NCBI GenBank assembly: GCA_963810275.1
Contig: CAWENF010000028.1
Coordinates: 1 to 13,624 of the forward strand
Direction: 5' to 3'
From: an uncultured archaeon
GTDB lineage: Archaea; Thermoproteota; Bathyarchaeia; Bathyarchaeales; Bathycorpusculaceae
DNA: 13,624 nucleotides
Shown here: in pieces, positions 1 to 7,916 of the stretch
How the letters are laid out: every line of letters begins with the position of its first letter
Position numbering within the stretch: position 1 is the stretch's first letter
Program-made: the position numbers and the translations under genes
Notes under the pieces: generated by a model
Told to the model about the DNA's origin: nothing
Seen by the model: only the letters and a program-made list of their open reading frames with translations
Database searches by the model: none

Positions 1-114
1 TGGAACAGCAAAACCCTGCGCTGGGGCTTTAGGCAACTTAGCAAGGTTCGGAAACCAAAGAAAAGTGTGGGTGGCTACAACACGTCTGAAGTGGAGCAGC
101 AGAGCCAAGCGTAG
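1..114 (+). CDS. Probable 3' end of a gene entering from the left (partial, product unknown)
   Basis: Frame 1 is open from base 1 (WNSKTLRWGFRQLSKVRKPKKSVGGYNTSEVEQQSQA) to TAG at 112-114, which directly abuts the stop codon of the convergent gene at 115-117. Too short to assign a function. Confidence 0.5.
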   Translation, partial: WNSKTLRWGFRQLSKVRKPKKSVGGYNTSEVEQQSQA

Positions 115-2640
115 TTAGTTTTTGAATTTTTTAAGGTAAACGGCGCTTAATGCGACTGCCACTATGGCGATTGCTGCCATTATAGCGGCTATGTAGGTTG
201 CGTTTAGTTCGTCCTCTGGGGATGGCGTGCCGGTGGGTGTTGGAGTGCCGTCGCTTTGGTTGGCGCTGGTAACGTTTTCGGCGAAGCAGTAGAGGTTCCA
301 GTCGTTGCATCCGACGTAGAGGCGGTTGTTGGCTATGGTTGGCGAGGACCAGCTGCTGCTGCCTGTTGTGGCGGTATCTATGATGTTGCCTTCGTTGGTT
401 GTGTCTAAAACGAATATGTGACGTTGGCTGGTGACCATGTAGACTTTGCCGTCGGCATATGAGGGCGAAACGTAGAGTTCGTCGCCAGTGTACTTGTTCC
501 ATAGCGTCCAGCCGTTAGTGATGTTGACACATGTTAAGTCGAACTTGTCAATTAGCAGCACAGTGTCGTCAACATAGATAGGTGAGGAGACTATGAATTC
601 TGTGGCGGTGGGATTCTGGAAGTGCCACTCCATCATGCCGCTGTCCACGCTGTAACAGTAGTAGTCACCCCAGTCGGAGGAAGCAAACACTCTGCCCGCC
701 GCTACCGATGGCGAGCCGAGCATTTCTGTGCCGCCGCCAAACGAGAGGCGGTAGGGGATTTCGTTTTTCCACATGACTTCGCCTGTATCTGCGTTTAGTT
801 TGTATAGAGCACCTGTTTCGGGTTCTTCGGCGGTGAAGTAGACTGCGCCGTCGACGACTGCGGGGGAGGATTCGACGGGGCCCAGGGCTGCTGTTTGCCA
901 GAGTATGTCGCCGTTTGCGGCGTTTAATGCATATAGGTTGCCGTCCAAGCTGCCCACGTAAACGGTGTTGTTGGCGACCGCTGGAGAAGATTTCAACACC
1001 AAGTTTCCAAACGTGAAAGGCAGGTTACCGTTGACAAAGGTCTTCCAGAGAAACGCGCCAGTGTCTGCGTTGAGACAGTAAACGTAGCCGTCGTCTCCGC
1101 CAGTGTAGAGTCTGCCGTCTTCTACTGCCACGGAGGACTCTATTGGCGCCTGCGTTTTAAATTTCCAAAGTGGGTTGCCCGTCCAGGCATCTAGCGCGTA
1201 GATGTAGGTGTCTGAGGAACCAAAGTAAACCACTTCGTCAACCACCGAGGGAGACGAGATAACTGAGCCGCCGGTTTCATATTTCCATGCTAACGACAGA
1301 CTAGAGGGGCCTTTGGGTGCGGTCGAGCTGTGGGCTGCGTCGGCGCGCCACTGACTCCAGTCGCTAACAAACCGTGTTTCCTCGGTTTGCTCAGTGTCTT
1401 TTATTGCCCAGATTTGATGCTCGGTAGCGTACTCGTTACCAGAAATCGTATCCACCGCTGTGGTGACATCTCCGGGGATAATATAGAGGGTACCGTACGC
1501 AATAGCAACAGATTCACGGGGAGGCAAAGCTTCCAGATCGAACTTCCAAAGCTGCTGCCCATTATAAGCGTCCAAGCATGAAAACTCAGAGATGCCATCA
1601 GGCTTATTGTACTGTGCTGCTTCGCCAGTGGTCACATAGATTTTGCCGTCCGCCACCGAGGGCATGCCAGGCCACATCAACGAATCATTAGGCCCCTTAT
1701 ACTTCCAAACTATATCGCCTGTTTCTTGGCTGAAAGCATACATGAAGCCGTCTTTGTTCATTTCGTAAACCATGCCGTAAGCTACAGCGCAACCGGTTGT
1801 GAAGTAACCGTCGGTTTCGGGGGTGACTTTCCAGATTATGTCCCCCGTAGAAGCATTGAAACAGTACATGGTGTTGTCGTCACTTCCGCCCTTGAAGTAT
1901 TTGCCATCACTGTAGGCCCCCGTGAAAATCATGGGACCCTTAGTGTTGGTAGTCCAAAGGATTTCACCTGTCCGGGCATCCAAAGCGAGTTGCATGTTTT
2001 CAAACGAGCCAGTAAAAATTTTACCGTCCCCGTAAGCGGTTCCGATGCCTGTTATACCGCCGCCGCGAATGTAGGTTTCCCAAGCCACCGTGGGGGGATG
2101 AGAAGGATCAGAGAAATCCCAAGCCACAATAGTGGAGTTGACTTTGGTGTAGAACATTTTTTCCTCTGGACTGTACACGTTGGTGCTAAAGATTCCTGTG
2201 AAAGCGTTAAAGTCAGGGCTTTGCCAGAGTATTTTGCCTGTTTCGGGGTTAAGACAGTAGCTTTCGACTATCATGTGTGAGCTGTCGATTTTGTAGGCTA
2301 TGGGCCAATGAGTAGCGTTGGGAAACTCTGTTTGCCAAACGATGTCACCCTGTTGGTCAAGTGCGTACGCAACATGATTACTGCATATGTATACCTTGCC
2401 GTTGAAGGCTGAAAGGTACGGCTGGATTTCGGTTATGTTGGTTTTCCAGAGTACGTTGGGAGTGTTTGGGGCGGGTCCAGCGCTGAATCTGGTTAGTGCG
2501 GAGTCGCCTTGGTATTGGGGCCACTCGTACTCGTTTAGGGAGGTGGCGGCTTGGGCAACTTGCACGTTGGATAGGATAGAATATGCTGATGTGAATAGTA
2601 TACAGACTAAAATTATTGTTATTACATGTTTTTTTTGGAT
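115..2640 (-). CDS. Secreted, membrane-anchored tandem PQQ-like (BamB-type) beta-propeller protein
   Basis: 816-aa ORF from GTG 2565, extendable in frame to ATC 2640, which adds a signal peptide (IQKKHVITIILVCILFTSAYSILSNVQVAQA). It has two propeller domains, each opened by a cap motif (WPQYQGD, WSQWRAD), and repeated W-x-x-x-T..SSPAV..VYxGSxDxxLYAL blades. A Pro/Thr linker (TPTPTGTPSP) precedes a C-terminal TM helix and KKFKN tail. Many N-x-S/T sequons. The start position is uncertain. Confidence 0.88.
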   Translation of the reverse strand: MQKKHVITIILVCILFTSAYSILSNVQVAQAATSLNEYEWPQYQGDSALTRFSAGPAPNTPNVLWKTNITEIQPYLSAFNGKVYICSNHVAYALDQQGDIVWQTEFPNATHWPIAYKIDSSHMIVESYCLNPETGKILWQSPDFNAFTGIFSTNVYSPEEKMFYTKVNSTIVAWDFSDPSHPPTVAWETYIRGGGITGIGTAYGDGKIFTGSFENMQLALDARTGEILWTTNTKGPMIFTGAYSDGKYFKGGSDDNTMYCFNASTGDIIWKVTPETDGYFTTGCAVAYGMVYEMNKDGFMYAFSQETGDIVWKYKGPNDSLMWPGMPSVADGKIYVTTGEAAQYNKPDGISEFSCLDAYNGQQLWKFDLEALPPRESVAIAYGTLYIIPGDVTTAVDTISGNEYATEHQIWAIKDTEQTEETRFVSDWSQWRADAAHSSTAPKGPSSLSLAWKYETGGSVISSPSVVDEVVYFGSSDTYIYALDAWTGNPLWKFKTQAPIESSVAVEDGRLYTGGDDGYVYCLNADTGAFLWKTFVNGNLPFTFGNLVLKSSPAVANNTVYVGSLDGNLYALNAANGDILWQTAALGPVESSPAVVDGAVYFTAEEPETGALYKLNADTGEVMWKNEIPYRLSFGGGTEMLGSPSVAAGRVFASSDWGDYYCYSVDSGMMEWHFQNPTATEFIVSSPIYVDDTVLLIDKFDLTCVNITNGWTLWNKYTGDELYVSPSYADGKVYMVTSQRHIFVLDTTNEGNIIDTATTGSSSWSSPTIANNRLYVGCNDWNLYCFAENVTSANQSDGTPTPTGTPSPEDELNATYIAAIMAAIAIVAVALSAVYLKKFKN

Positions 2641-2731
2641 GACCGTTTCCCCCGTCTCCTTTGGGCAGTGTAAGTATTGATTCTGTGAGGTAGCCTTGTT
2701 CTGCCCTATCCTTAAACATCAGCTAGAGGCA

Positions 2732-2745
2732 CTATAAAGCTTATG
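2732..2745 (-). promoter_or_regulatory. Putative archaeal BRE/TATA box for the first propeller gene
   Basis: The minus strand reads CATAAGC-TTTATAG in the divergent intergenic region, resembling the other promoter candidates in the window. Confidence 0.5.
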
Positions 2746-2800
2746 GAAATGCCCCTTAAGCCTAAAACCATGCAAATAATGCTGGTTTAGCTTCTAAAGC

Positions 2801-2812
2801 TCCTTTAAAGGA
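2801..2812. promoter_or_regulatory. Perfect 12-bp palindrome, possible transcription-factor site
   Basis: TCCTTTAAAGGA is its own reverse complement and lies between the two divergent TATA candidates. Confidence 0.3.
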
Positions 2813-2817
2813 TAAAC

Positions 2818-2833
2818 GCGTAAGCTTATTAAA
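2818..2833 (+). promoter_or_regulatory. Putative archaeal BRE/TATA box for the SPASM radical SAM gene
   Basis: GCGTAAGC-TTATTAAA about 52 nt before TTG 2886. A purine-rich GGGAAAGAG lies upstream of the start. Confidence 0.5.
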
Positions 2834-2885
2834 GGGCGAAACAGCCCAAATACAACACACAAAAAAGGGAAAGAGACGATTCTAC

Positions 2886-3983
2886 TTGACCGAAAAGAAA
2901 GGACCCCTACTAATGACTTCTTGGCGGTCCACAGGCGCCTGCAACGCAAGATGCGCATACTGCAACGTAGACGCAACCTGTGAAAATGCACCCCGAGAAA
3001 TGACAACAGAAGAAGCATTTCACCTTGTTGATGAAGTGCACAATTTTGGCGTAAGATGGTTCGGCATCAAAGGCGGCGAACCGCTTCTACGCAAAGACAT
3101 CTTTGAAATCGTCAGGTACGCCAAAGGGAAAGGCTTAAACGTATGCCTGTTGACAAACGGCTGCTTTGTCGACGGCGAAATCTACGATAACTTAGTCAAA
3201 TACAATGTCTGGTCCTCAGTCAGCATCGACGGACCCCAAGAAATCAATGATCAACTTCGTGGCAAAGGCAGCTACAAAAAAGCCCTTGCAGCCATCGAAA
3301 AATTATCAGCAGGAAAAATCCTAAACGGTTTAGCCTGCGCCATCACAAGCAAAAACTATCAGCACCTCGACCACGTTGCAGAGTTGGCAGAGAAATACAA
3401 AGCGAACTTTGTCTGGTACAACGCTCTTGTGCCCAGCGGCAGGGCCAAAACCACCCTAGAATTAACCCCCACACCCGAACAGTTGGAGTGGACCCTAAAC
3501 CACATCTGGGAATTAACAGAGAAGTACCATGACAAATTCGAAATACACGTGCACTGCCCACACTTCGCAAGAGTCGTCAAACAACGCATCCCCGAGGAAC
3601 ACTTCAACGAATGGTATGAAAAAGAGTTCCACGGAAAATGCACCTACTTCGCATTCGGCGGCTACATATCAGTAACAGAAAACGGCGACTTAATCCCCTG
3701 CTTCTATACCGACCTCACACCCAACGAACCCATGATGCTTGGAAACATCCGCAACAAACCCTTAACTCAGGCATGGGAAGAAATCAAAGCCTCAACATAC
3801 TACAACAGATTCCAAGACCGCAGCATCCTCAAAGGCAAATGCGGCGTCTGTGAGTACCGAGAAATTTGCGGCGGATGTAGAAACCGCTCCTACGCCTACA
3901 CCGGCGACATCACCGAATCCGACCCTGCCTGCCCATACATTCCTAAAGCGTGGGCTGAAATGCAGAAGCAGAATAAACAGTAA
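2886..3983 (+). CDS. Radical SAM/SPASM domain protein (NirJ/AhbC-D/PqqE/MftC-like)
   Basis: WRSTGACNARCAYC (CxxxCxxC), GGEPLLR, LTNG and SIDG motifs. C-terminal SPASM cysteines: C-x14-G-x4-C, GNIR, CGVCEYREICGGCR and DPAC. TTG start. No room for an N-terminal PqqD/RRE domain. Confidence 0.93.
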   Translation: MTEKKGPLLMTSWRSTGACNARCAYCNVDATCENAPREMTTEEAFHLVDEVHNFGVRWFGIKGGEPLLRKDIFEIVRYAKGKGLNVCLLTNGCFVDGEIYDNLVKYNVWSSVSIDGPQEINDQLRGKGSYKKALAAIEKLSAGKILNGLACAITSKNYQHLDHVAELAEKYKANFVWYNALVPSGRAKTTLELTPTPEQLEWTLNHIWELTEKYHDKFEIHVHCPHFARVVKQRIPEEHFNEWYEKEFHGKCTYFAFGGYISVTENGDLIPCFYTDLTPNEPMMLGNIRNKPLTQAWEEIKASTYYNRFQDRSILKGKCGVCEYREICGGCRNRSYAYTGDITESDPACPYIPKAWAEMQKQNKQ

Positions 3984-4015
3984 ATTTCTTTTCTTAATTT
4001 TATTTTTTGTTTTTA
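3984..4015 (+). terminator. Oligo-T archaeal-type terminator candidate
   Basis: ATTTCTTTTCTTAATTTTATTTTTTGTTTTTA immediately follows the stop codon. Confidence 0.55.
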
Positions 4016-4061
4016 GCGAAAATCTAAAGGAGTAGAACTGAACATTATTTTTTGAGCGGAA

Positions 4062-6308
4062 ATGAATAGCAAGGTTTGGGTCTGCTTGGCACTTGTGTTG
4101 GTTTTGGGTTCCTCCGTCGCCATCTCAGAGGGAGCGCTAAGCAGAGATTCTTGGCCAATGTTCCGAGGCGACATAGCCCACACAAGCACCACAGACTCTT
4201 CGGCGCCGCAGAGTAACCAGACACTTTGGAAGTTCAACACAGGCGGACAAGTCGGCTCCCCAAACGTCGTCGACAGTGCGGTGTATGTTGGAAGCTATGA
4301 CAACAAAGTGTACGCTTTCAATGCTTCCACAGGTGAGAAACTCTGGGCTTTCACTACAGGAGCGATCGTGATTTCCAAACCAGCCATATCAGAGGGCACC
4401 GTATGCGTAGGTTCTGAAGACTACAACCTCTATGCATTAAACGCCTCTGACGGAACCAAAATTTGGAGTTTCCAGACGGGATACTATGTGGATTCTGACC
4501 CAGCAATTGTAGACGGAGTGATTTACTTTGGCTCAGAAGATAACCGCGTTTACGCTTTGAAGCTTGCCACTGGAGAGAAACTATGGAGCTTTGAGGCAGG
4601 TGACAAAATCATGCTATCCGCTGCAACCGTCGCTGAAGGAGTAGTCTACATTGGCTCTTTGGACAACACACTTTACGCCCTTGACGCCTCCACGGGCGAA
4701 CTTGTCTGGAGCTTCAAAACCGTCGACAGTATCGTATCGGTCCCTGCCGTCTCAGAGGAAACGGTGTTCTTCGGCTCAAGCGACGACTCAGTCTATGCTT
4801 TGGATGCGGTGGATGGAGCTTTGAAGTGGCAGTTTACTACTGACGGAGACGTTTACTCATCGCCATACGTGTCAGATGGAGTTGTTTATGTTGGTTCGCT
4901 AGACGGCTACGTTTACGCTCTCCAAGCCTCCAACGGTGAGGAACTATGGAAGTACCAGACGGGAGCGGGTGTGGCTTCGGCGCCAAACGTGTCGGGGGGC
5001 GTCGTGTACGTGGGTTCTAATGATTTCAAAATCTACGCTTTGAACACCGCAGACGGGAAACTCCTGTGGAATTACGCGACAGGTGAGATGGTGATTTCGC
5101 AGCCAGCGGTAGCTAATAACGGGGTATATGTTGGTTCAGGTGACGGCAAACTCTACGCCCTAGACGCAGCTGACGGCACTCTTGGGTGGAGTTTTGCCAC
5201 TGGCAGCAGCATCGACGCATCTCCCACAGTCGCCGATGGGCTGGTGTTTGTGGGTTCGCATGACGGCAAAATATACGCATTAGACGCCGAAACGGGCATG
5301 GTTGGGTTCGATTGGGAGCAGCATAATACGGTTGTTTGGAGCTACGACACGGGCGACATGCTCATGTTCTCTTCCGCCGCAGTTGAAAGCGACCGTCTCT
5401 ATATTGGGGGTTACAACGGCAAAATCTATTGCTTAAACGCTCAAACTGGCGATTATCTTTGGAGTTACCAAACGGGGTACGCTGTTGTTTCCTCGCCCAC
5501 TGTTTGCAACGGTGTGGTGTATATTGGTTCGGAGGATTACACTTTTTACGCACTCAACGCCAATACGGGAAAGCTGCTTTGGAATTACACGACTGGAGAC
5601 CAGATTGCGGTTTCCTCCGCGGCAGCTGTAGGCGGGGTAATTTATTTTGGCTCCAACGACGGCTACCTCTACGCATTGGAGGCCACGTATGGAGGCTTGA
5701 AGTGGAAGTTCCTTACGGGCGGTGAGGTGGTTTCTTCGCCTGCGGTGGTGGATGGCAAAGCTTACTTTGGCTCCTACGACCACAACATCTACTGCTTAGA
5801 CGCTGCAAACGGCGGCTTAGTGTGGAAGTATACATGCAGTGCCCCAGTGGCTTCGTCACCAGCAGTTGCAAACGGCGTGGTGTATTTTGGTTCGGACGAC
5901 GGAAAACTGTACGCATTTGATGCCTCCGACGGCGCAGTCAAATGGAGCTTTGAAACTGGAGGAGCGGTGGCTTCATCGCCAGCAGTAGCTAGTGGAGATG
6001 TGGTTTTTGGTTCCAGTGACGGAGAAATCTACTCATTAGACACTCAAAAAGGGATTTTGGTGTGGAGCTACCTGACAGACGACGCAGTAGTTTCGTCGCC
6101 TGCCGTCGCAAACGGGGTTGTTTATGTTGGTTCCTATGACCACTTTGTCTACGCAATCGGAGCGCTTGCGCACCAACCGCAACAGCCATCAAGCACTGAA
6201 GCGTCTTTGCTCGCATGGATTGTGATAGTCGCAAACACAGCTTTAATCACCGTTGTCGCCATAGCATACCTTGTTGCAAGGCGCCGCCAATCACGTACTT
6301 CCAGCTAA
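4062..6308 (+). CDS. Secreted, membrane-anchored PQQ-like beta-propeller repeat protein (16 blades)
   Basis: Signal peptide MNSKVWVCLALVLVLGSSVA and cap WPMFRGDIAHT. I count 16 consecutive repeats of about 40 aa (WxFxTGxxVxSSPAVxxGVVYxGSxDxxLYALDAxxG). C-terminal TM helix followed by RRR. Confidence 0.93.
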   Translation: MNSKVWVCLALVLVLGSSVAISEGALSRDSWPMFRGDIAHTSTTDSSAPQSNQTLWKFNTGGQVGSPNVVDSAVYVGSYDNKVYAFNASTGEKLWAFTTGAIVISKPAISEGTVCVGSEDYNLYALNASDGTKIWSFQTGYYVDSDPAIVDGVIYFGSEDNRVYALKLATGEKLWSFEAGDKIMLSAATVAEGVVYIGSLDNTLYALDASTGELVWSFKTVDSIVSVPAVSEETVFFGSSDDSVYALDAVDGALKWQFTTDGDVYSSPYVSDGVVYVGSLDGYVYALQASNGEELWKYQTGAGVASAPNVSGGVVYVGSNDFKIYALNTADGKLLWNYATGEMVISQPAVANNGVYVGSGDGKLYALDAADGTLGWSFATGSSIDASPTVADGLVFVGSHDGKIYALDAETGMVGFDWEQHNTVVWSYDTGDMLMFSSAAVESDRLYIGGYNGKIYCLNAQTGDYLWSYQTGYAVVSSPTVCNGVVYIGSEDYTFYALNANTGKLLWNYTTGDQIAVSSAAAVGGVIYFGSNDGYLYALEATYGGLKWKFLTGGEVVSSPAVVDGKAYFGSYDHNIYCLDAANGGLVWKYTCSAPVASSPAVANGVVYFGSDDGKLYAFDASDGAVKWSFETGGAVASSPAVASGDVVFGSSDGEIYSLDTQKGILVWSYLTDDAVVSSPAVANGVVYVGSYDHFVYAIGALAHQPQQPSSTEASLLAWIVIVANTALITVVAIAYLVARRRQSRTSS

Positions 6309-6341
6309 ACAACGGGAAAAAACGTATTGCGTTTCGTTTAG

Positions 6342-6356
6342 CCAAAAGTTCATAAG
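6342..6356 (+). promoter_or_regulatory. Weak BRE/TATA candidate for the B12 radical SAM gene
   Basis: CCAAAAG-TTCATAAG about 55 nt upstream of ATG 6411, with one mismatch to the TATA consensus. Confidence 0.35.
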
Positions 6357-6410
6357 CAAAAACATCATCGGTTAAAGTTCACTTGCTCTTCAGCACACGT
6401 GTGTGGATTC

Positions 6411-7817
6411 ATGACGACAAACAAGAAAGTAGCCCTCGTAAACCCGCCTCTACCAGTAGACATCGGCCACCACCCACAGTTTCCCCCGCTCGGGTTAGCT
6501 TACATGGCGGCGGTGCTGGAGCAAAACAATTTTGAAGTTAAAATCATCGACTGCCCAGTCAACCACTACGACCACGCAAACCTCAAAGCAGAACTCGACG
6601 CCTTCCAACCCGCCCTGATCGGGACAGGTGCTATGACTCCAACCATCGAGTCCGCCTTGAAAGGTACACAGGTAGCTAAAGAAGCCTGCCCTGATGCCAC
6701 CGTTGTTATGGGTGGTCCACACGCAACCTTCTCCGACGTCGAAGTTCTCACCCAAGAGAAAGCCGTGGACTTAATCGTGCGCGGGGAAGGCGAAGAAACA
6801 TTACTCGAATTAGCACAACAGCCCAAAACGGGGAAAAAACTAGGCGACATTAAAGGCATTTCTTTTCGCAAAGAAGGCAAAGTGGTGCAGACGCAACAGG
6901 GCCCATTTATCCAAGACCTTGACGCCTTACCCCTTCCAGCCTACCACCTGCTGCCAATAGAGAAATACTACGTGTCCAAACGCAAACTACTCCCAATAAT
7001 CACCAGCCGCGGCTGTCCCTACGCATGCGGCTTCTGCGTAGCCTCGCAGATGTTTGGGCAAAAGTTCCGTGCTCGCAGCCCAAAAAATGTGCTTGACGAG
7101 TTGGAGTGGCTACAAAACGAGTTCGGCGCAGAAGGAATCGCATTCCAAGACGACACATTCACTTTTGACCGCAACCGCGCCATGAAAATCTGCGACGGCA
7201 TGATTGAACGCAAACTAAAACTCCACTGGGGATGCGGAACCCGCGCCGATGTAGTCACCAAAGAAGTCTTAAACAAGATGGCGGCGGCGCACTGCGACGA
7301 AACCATGTTCGGAGTAGAAGCCGGCTGCCTAAGCATGCGAGCAATCCTTAAAAAAGGCGTTACAAACGAGCAAATCCAAAACGCCATCCAATGGGCAAAA
7401 GACGCAGGGATGTTTGTCACGGTCTCAGTGATTCTGGGTTATCCAGGCGAGACCCGCGAGACGCTTCAGGAAACATTGGATTTCGCGGGCAAGCTTAAAC
7501 CTGATGATGTTTGGCTCTGCCACTCCACACCATACCCGGGGACTCATCTGCGGGAAATCGTGGTTAAGAACGGCTGGCCTATGTCGCAGGACTGGAAAAC
7601 CTACAACACCATGAACGCCATCTACGAAGACCCCAACCTGCCAGCAAAAGAAATTGCCGAGATGCGGCGCCAGTTCTACAACAAGTTCTACAACGCCGCA
7701 TACATTCTGCGGCAAGCAAACAAAGGCTACCTCAAAGGCAACCTGTACAGCAAAATCATGACACGAACCGCCCTAAACTATAATCTTTGGAGGGTCATGT
7801 CAGCATTTCACCGCTAA
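6411..7817 (+). CDS. Cobalamin-binding radical SAM protein (class B methyltransferase/BchE-like)
   Basis: N-terminal B12-binding signatures PPLGLAYMAA, VVMGGPHAT and VRGEGE. Radical SAM core TSRGCPYACGFC, FQDDTF, FGVEAG, ILGYPGET and PYPGT. ATG 6411 is preferred over GTG 6399. Confidence 0.92.
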   Translation: MTTNKKVALVNPPLPVDIGHHPQFPPLGLAYMAAVLEQNNFEVKIIDCPVNHYDHANLKAELDAFQPALIGTGAMTPTIESALKGTQVAKEACPDATVVMGGPHATFSDVEVLTQEKAVDLIVRGEGEETLLELAQQPKTGKKLGDIKGISFRKEGKVVQTQQGPFIQDLDALPLPAYHLLPIEKYYVSKRKLLPIITSRGCPYACGFCVASQMFGQKFRARSPKNVLDELEWLQNEFGAEGIAFQDDTFTFDRNRAMKICDGMIERKLKLHWGCGTRADVVTKEVLNKMAAAHCDETMFGVEAGCLSMRAILKKGVTNEQIQNAIQWAKDAGMFVTVSVILGYPGETRETLQETLDFAGKLKPDDVWLCHSTPYPGTHLREIVVKNGWPMSQDWKTYNTMNAIYEDPNLPAKEIAEMRRQFYNKFYNAAYILRQANKGYLKGNLYSKIMTRTALNYNLWRVMSAFHR

Positions 7818-7856
7818 AAAGTGTCTTTACAAATTTTTCTTAAGCTGAATTTGAAC

Positions 7857-7872
7857 CAGTAAACTTTATTAC
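7857..7872 (+). promoter_or_regulatory. Putative BRE/TATA box for the HemN-like gene
   Basis: CAGTAAAC-TTTATTAC about 45 nt before ATG 7917. An SD-like AGGGGA lies just upstream of the start. Confidence 0.5.
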
Positions 7873-7916
7873 GCTACCAACCCGTTTTAACGTACAATCA
7901 AAAGGGGAAATATTCA

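Noticed and set aside
2641-2885. RiPP precursor peptide in intergenic gaps
   Set aside because: No short ORF with a convincing start, RBS and leader/core pattern was seen here or in the other small gaps. ORFs 2378-2719 and 2794-3018 overlap real genes or promoter elements.
2886-3983. Specific assignment as ahbD, ahbC, pqqE or mftC
   Set aside because: The motifs are shared across the subgroup. There is no CxxCH, RRE domain or pathway neighbour, so no symbol is given.
115-6308. True PQQ-dependent alcohol/methanol dehydrogenases plus pqq biosynthesis
   Set aside because: There is no vicinal Cys-Cys or recognisable catalytic insertion of MxaF/ExaA type, and no pqqA/B/C/D. Only the propeller repeat is supported.
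6304-6342. GCTAAAC...GTTTAGC inverted repeat as an ncRNA or intrinsic terminator
   Set aside because: The stem is short with a long loop, overlaps the stop codon and has no following U-tract on the coding strand.
6411-7817. Specific assignment as an archaeal lipid-modifying enzyme (GrsA/B) or BchE
   Set aside because: The domain architecture is compatible but not diagnostic. A phylogeny is required.
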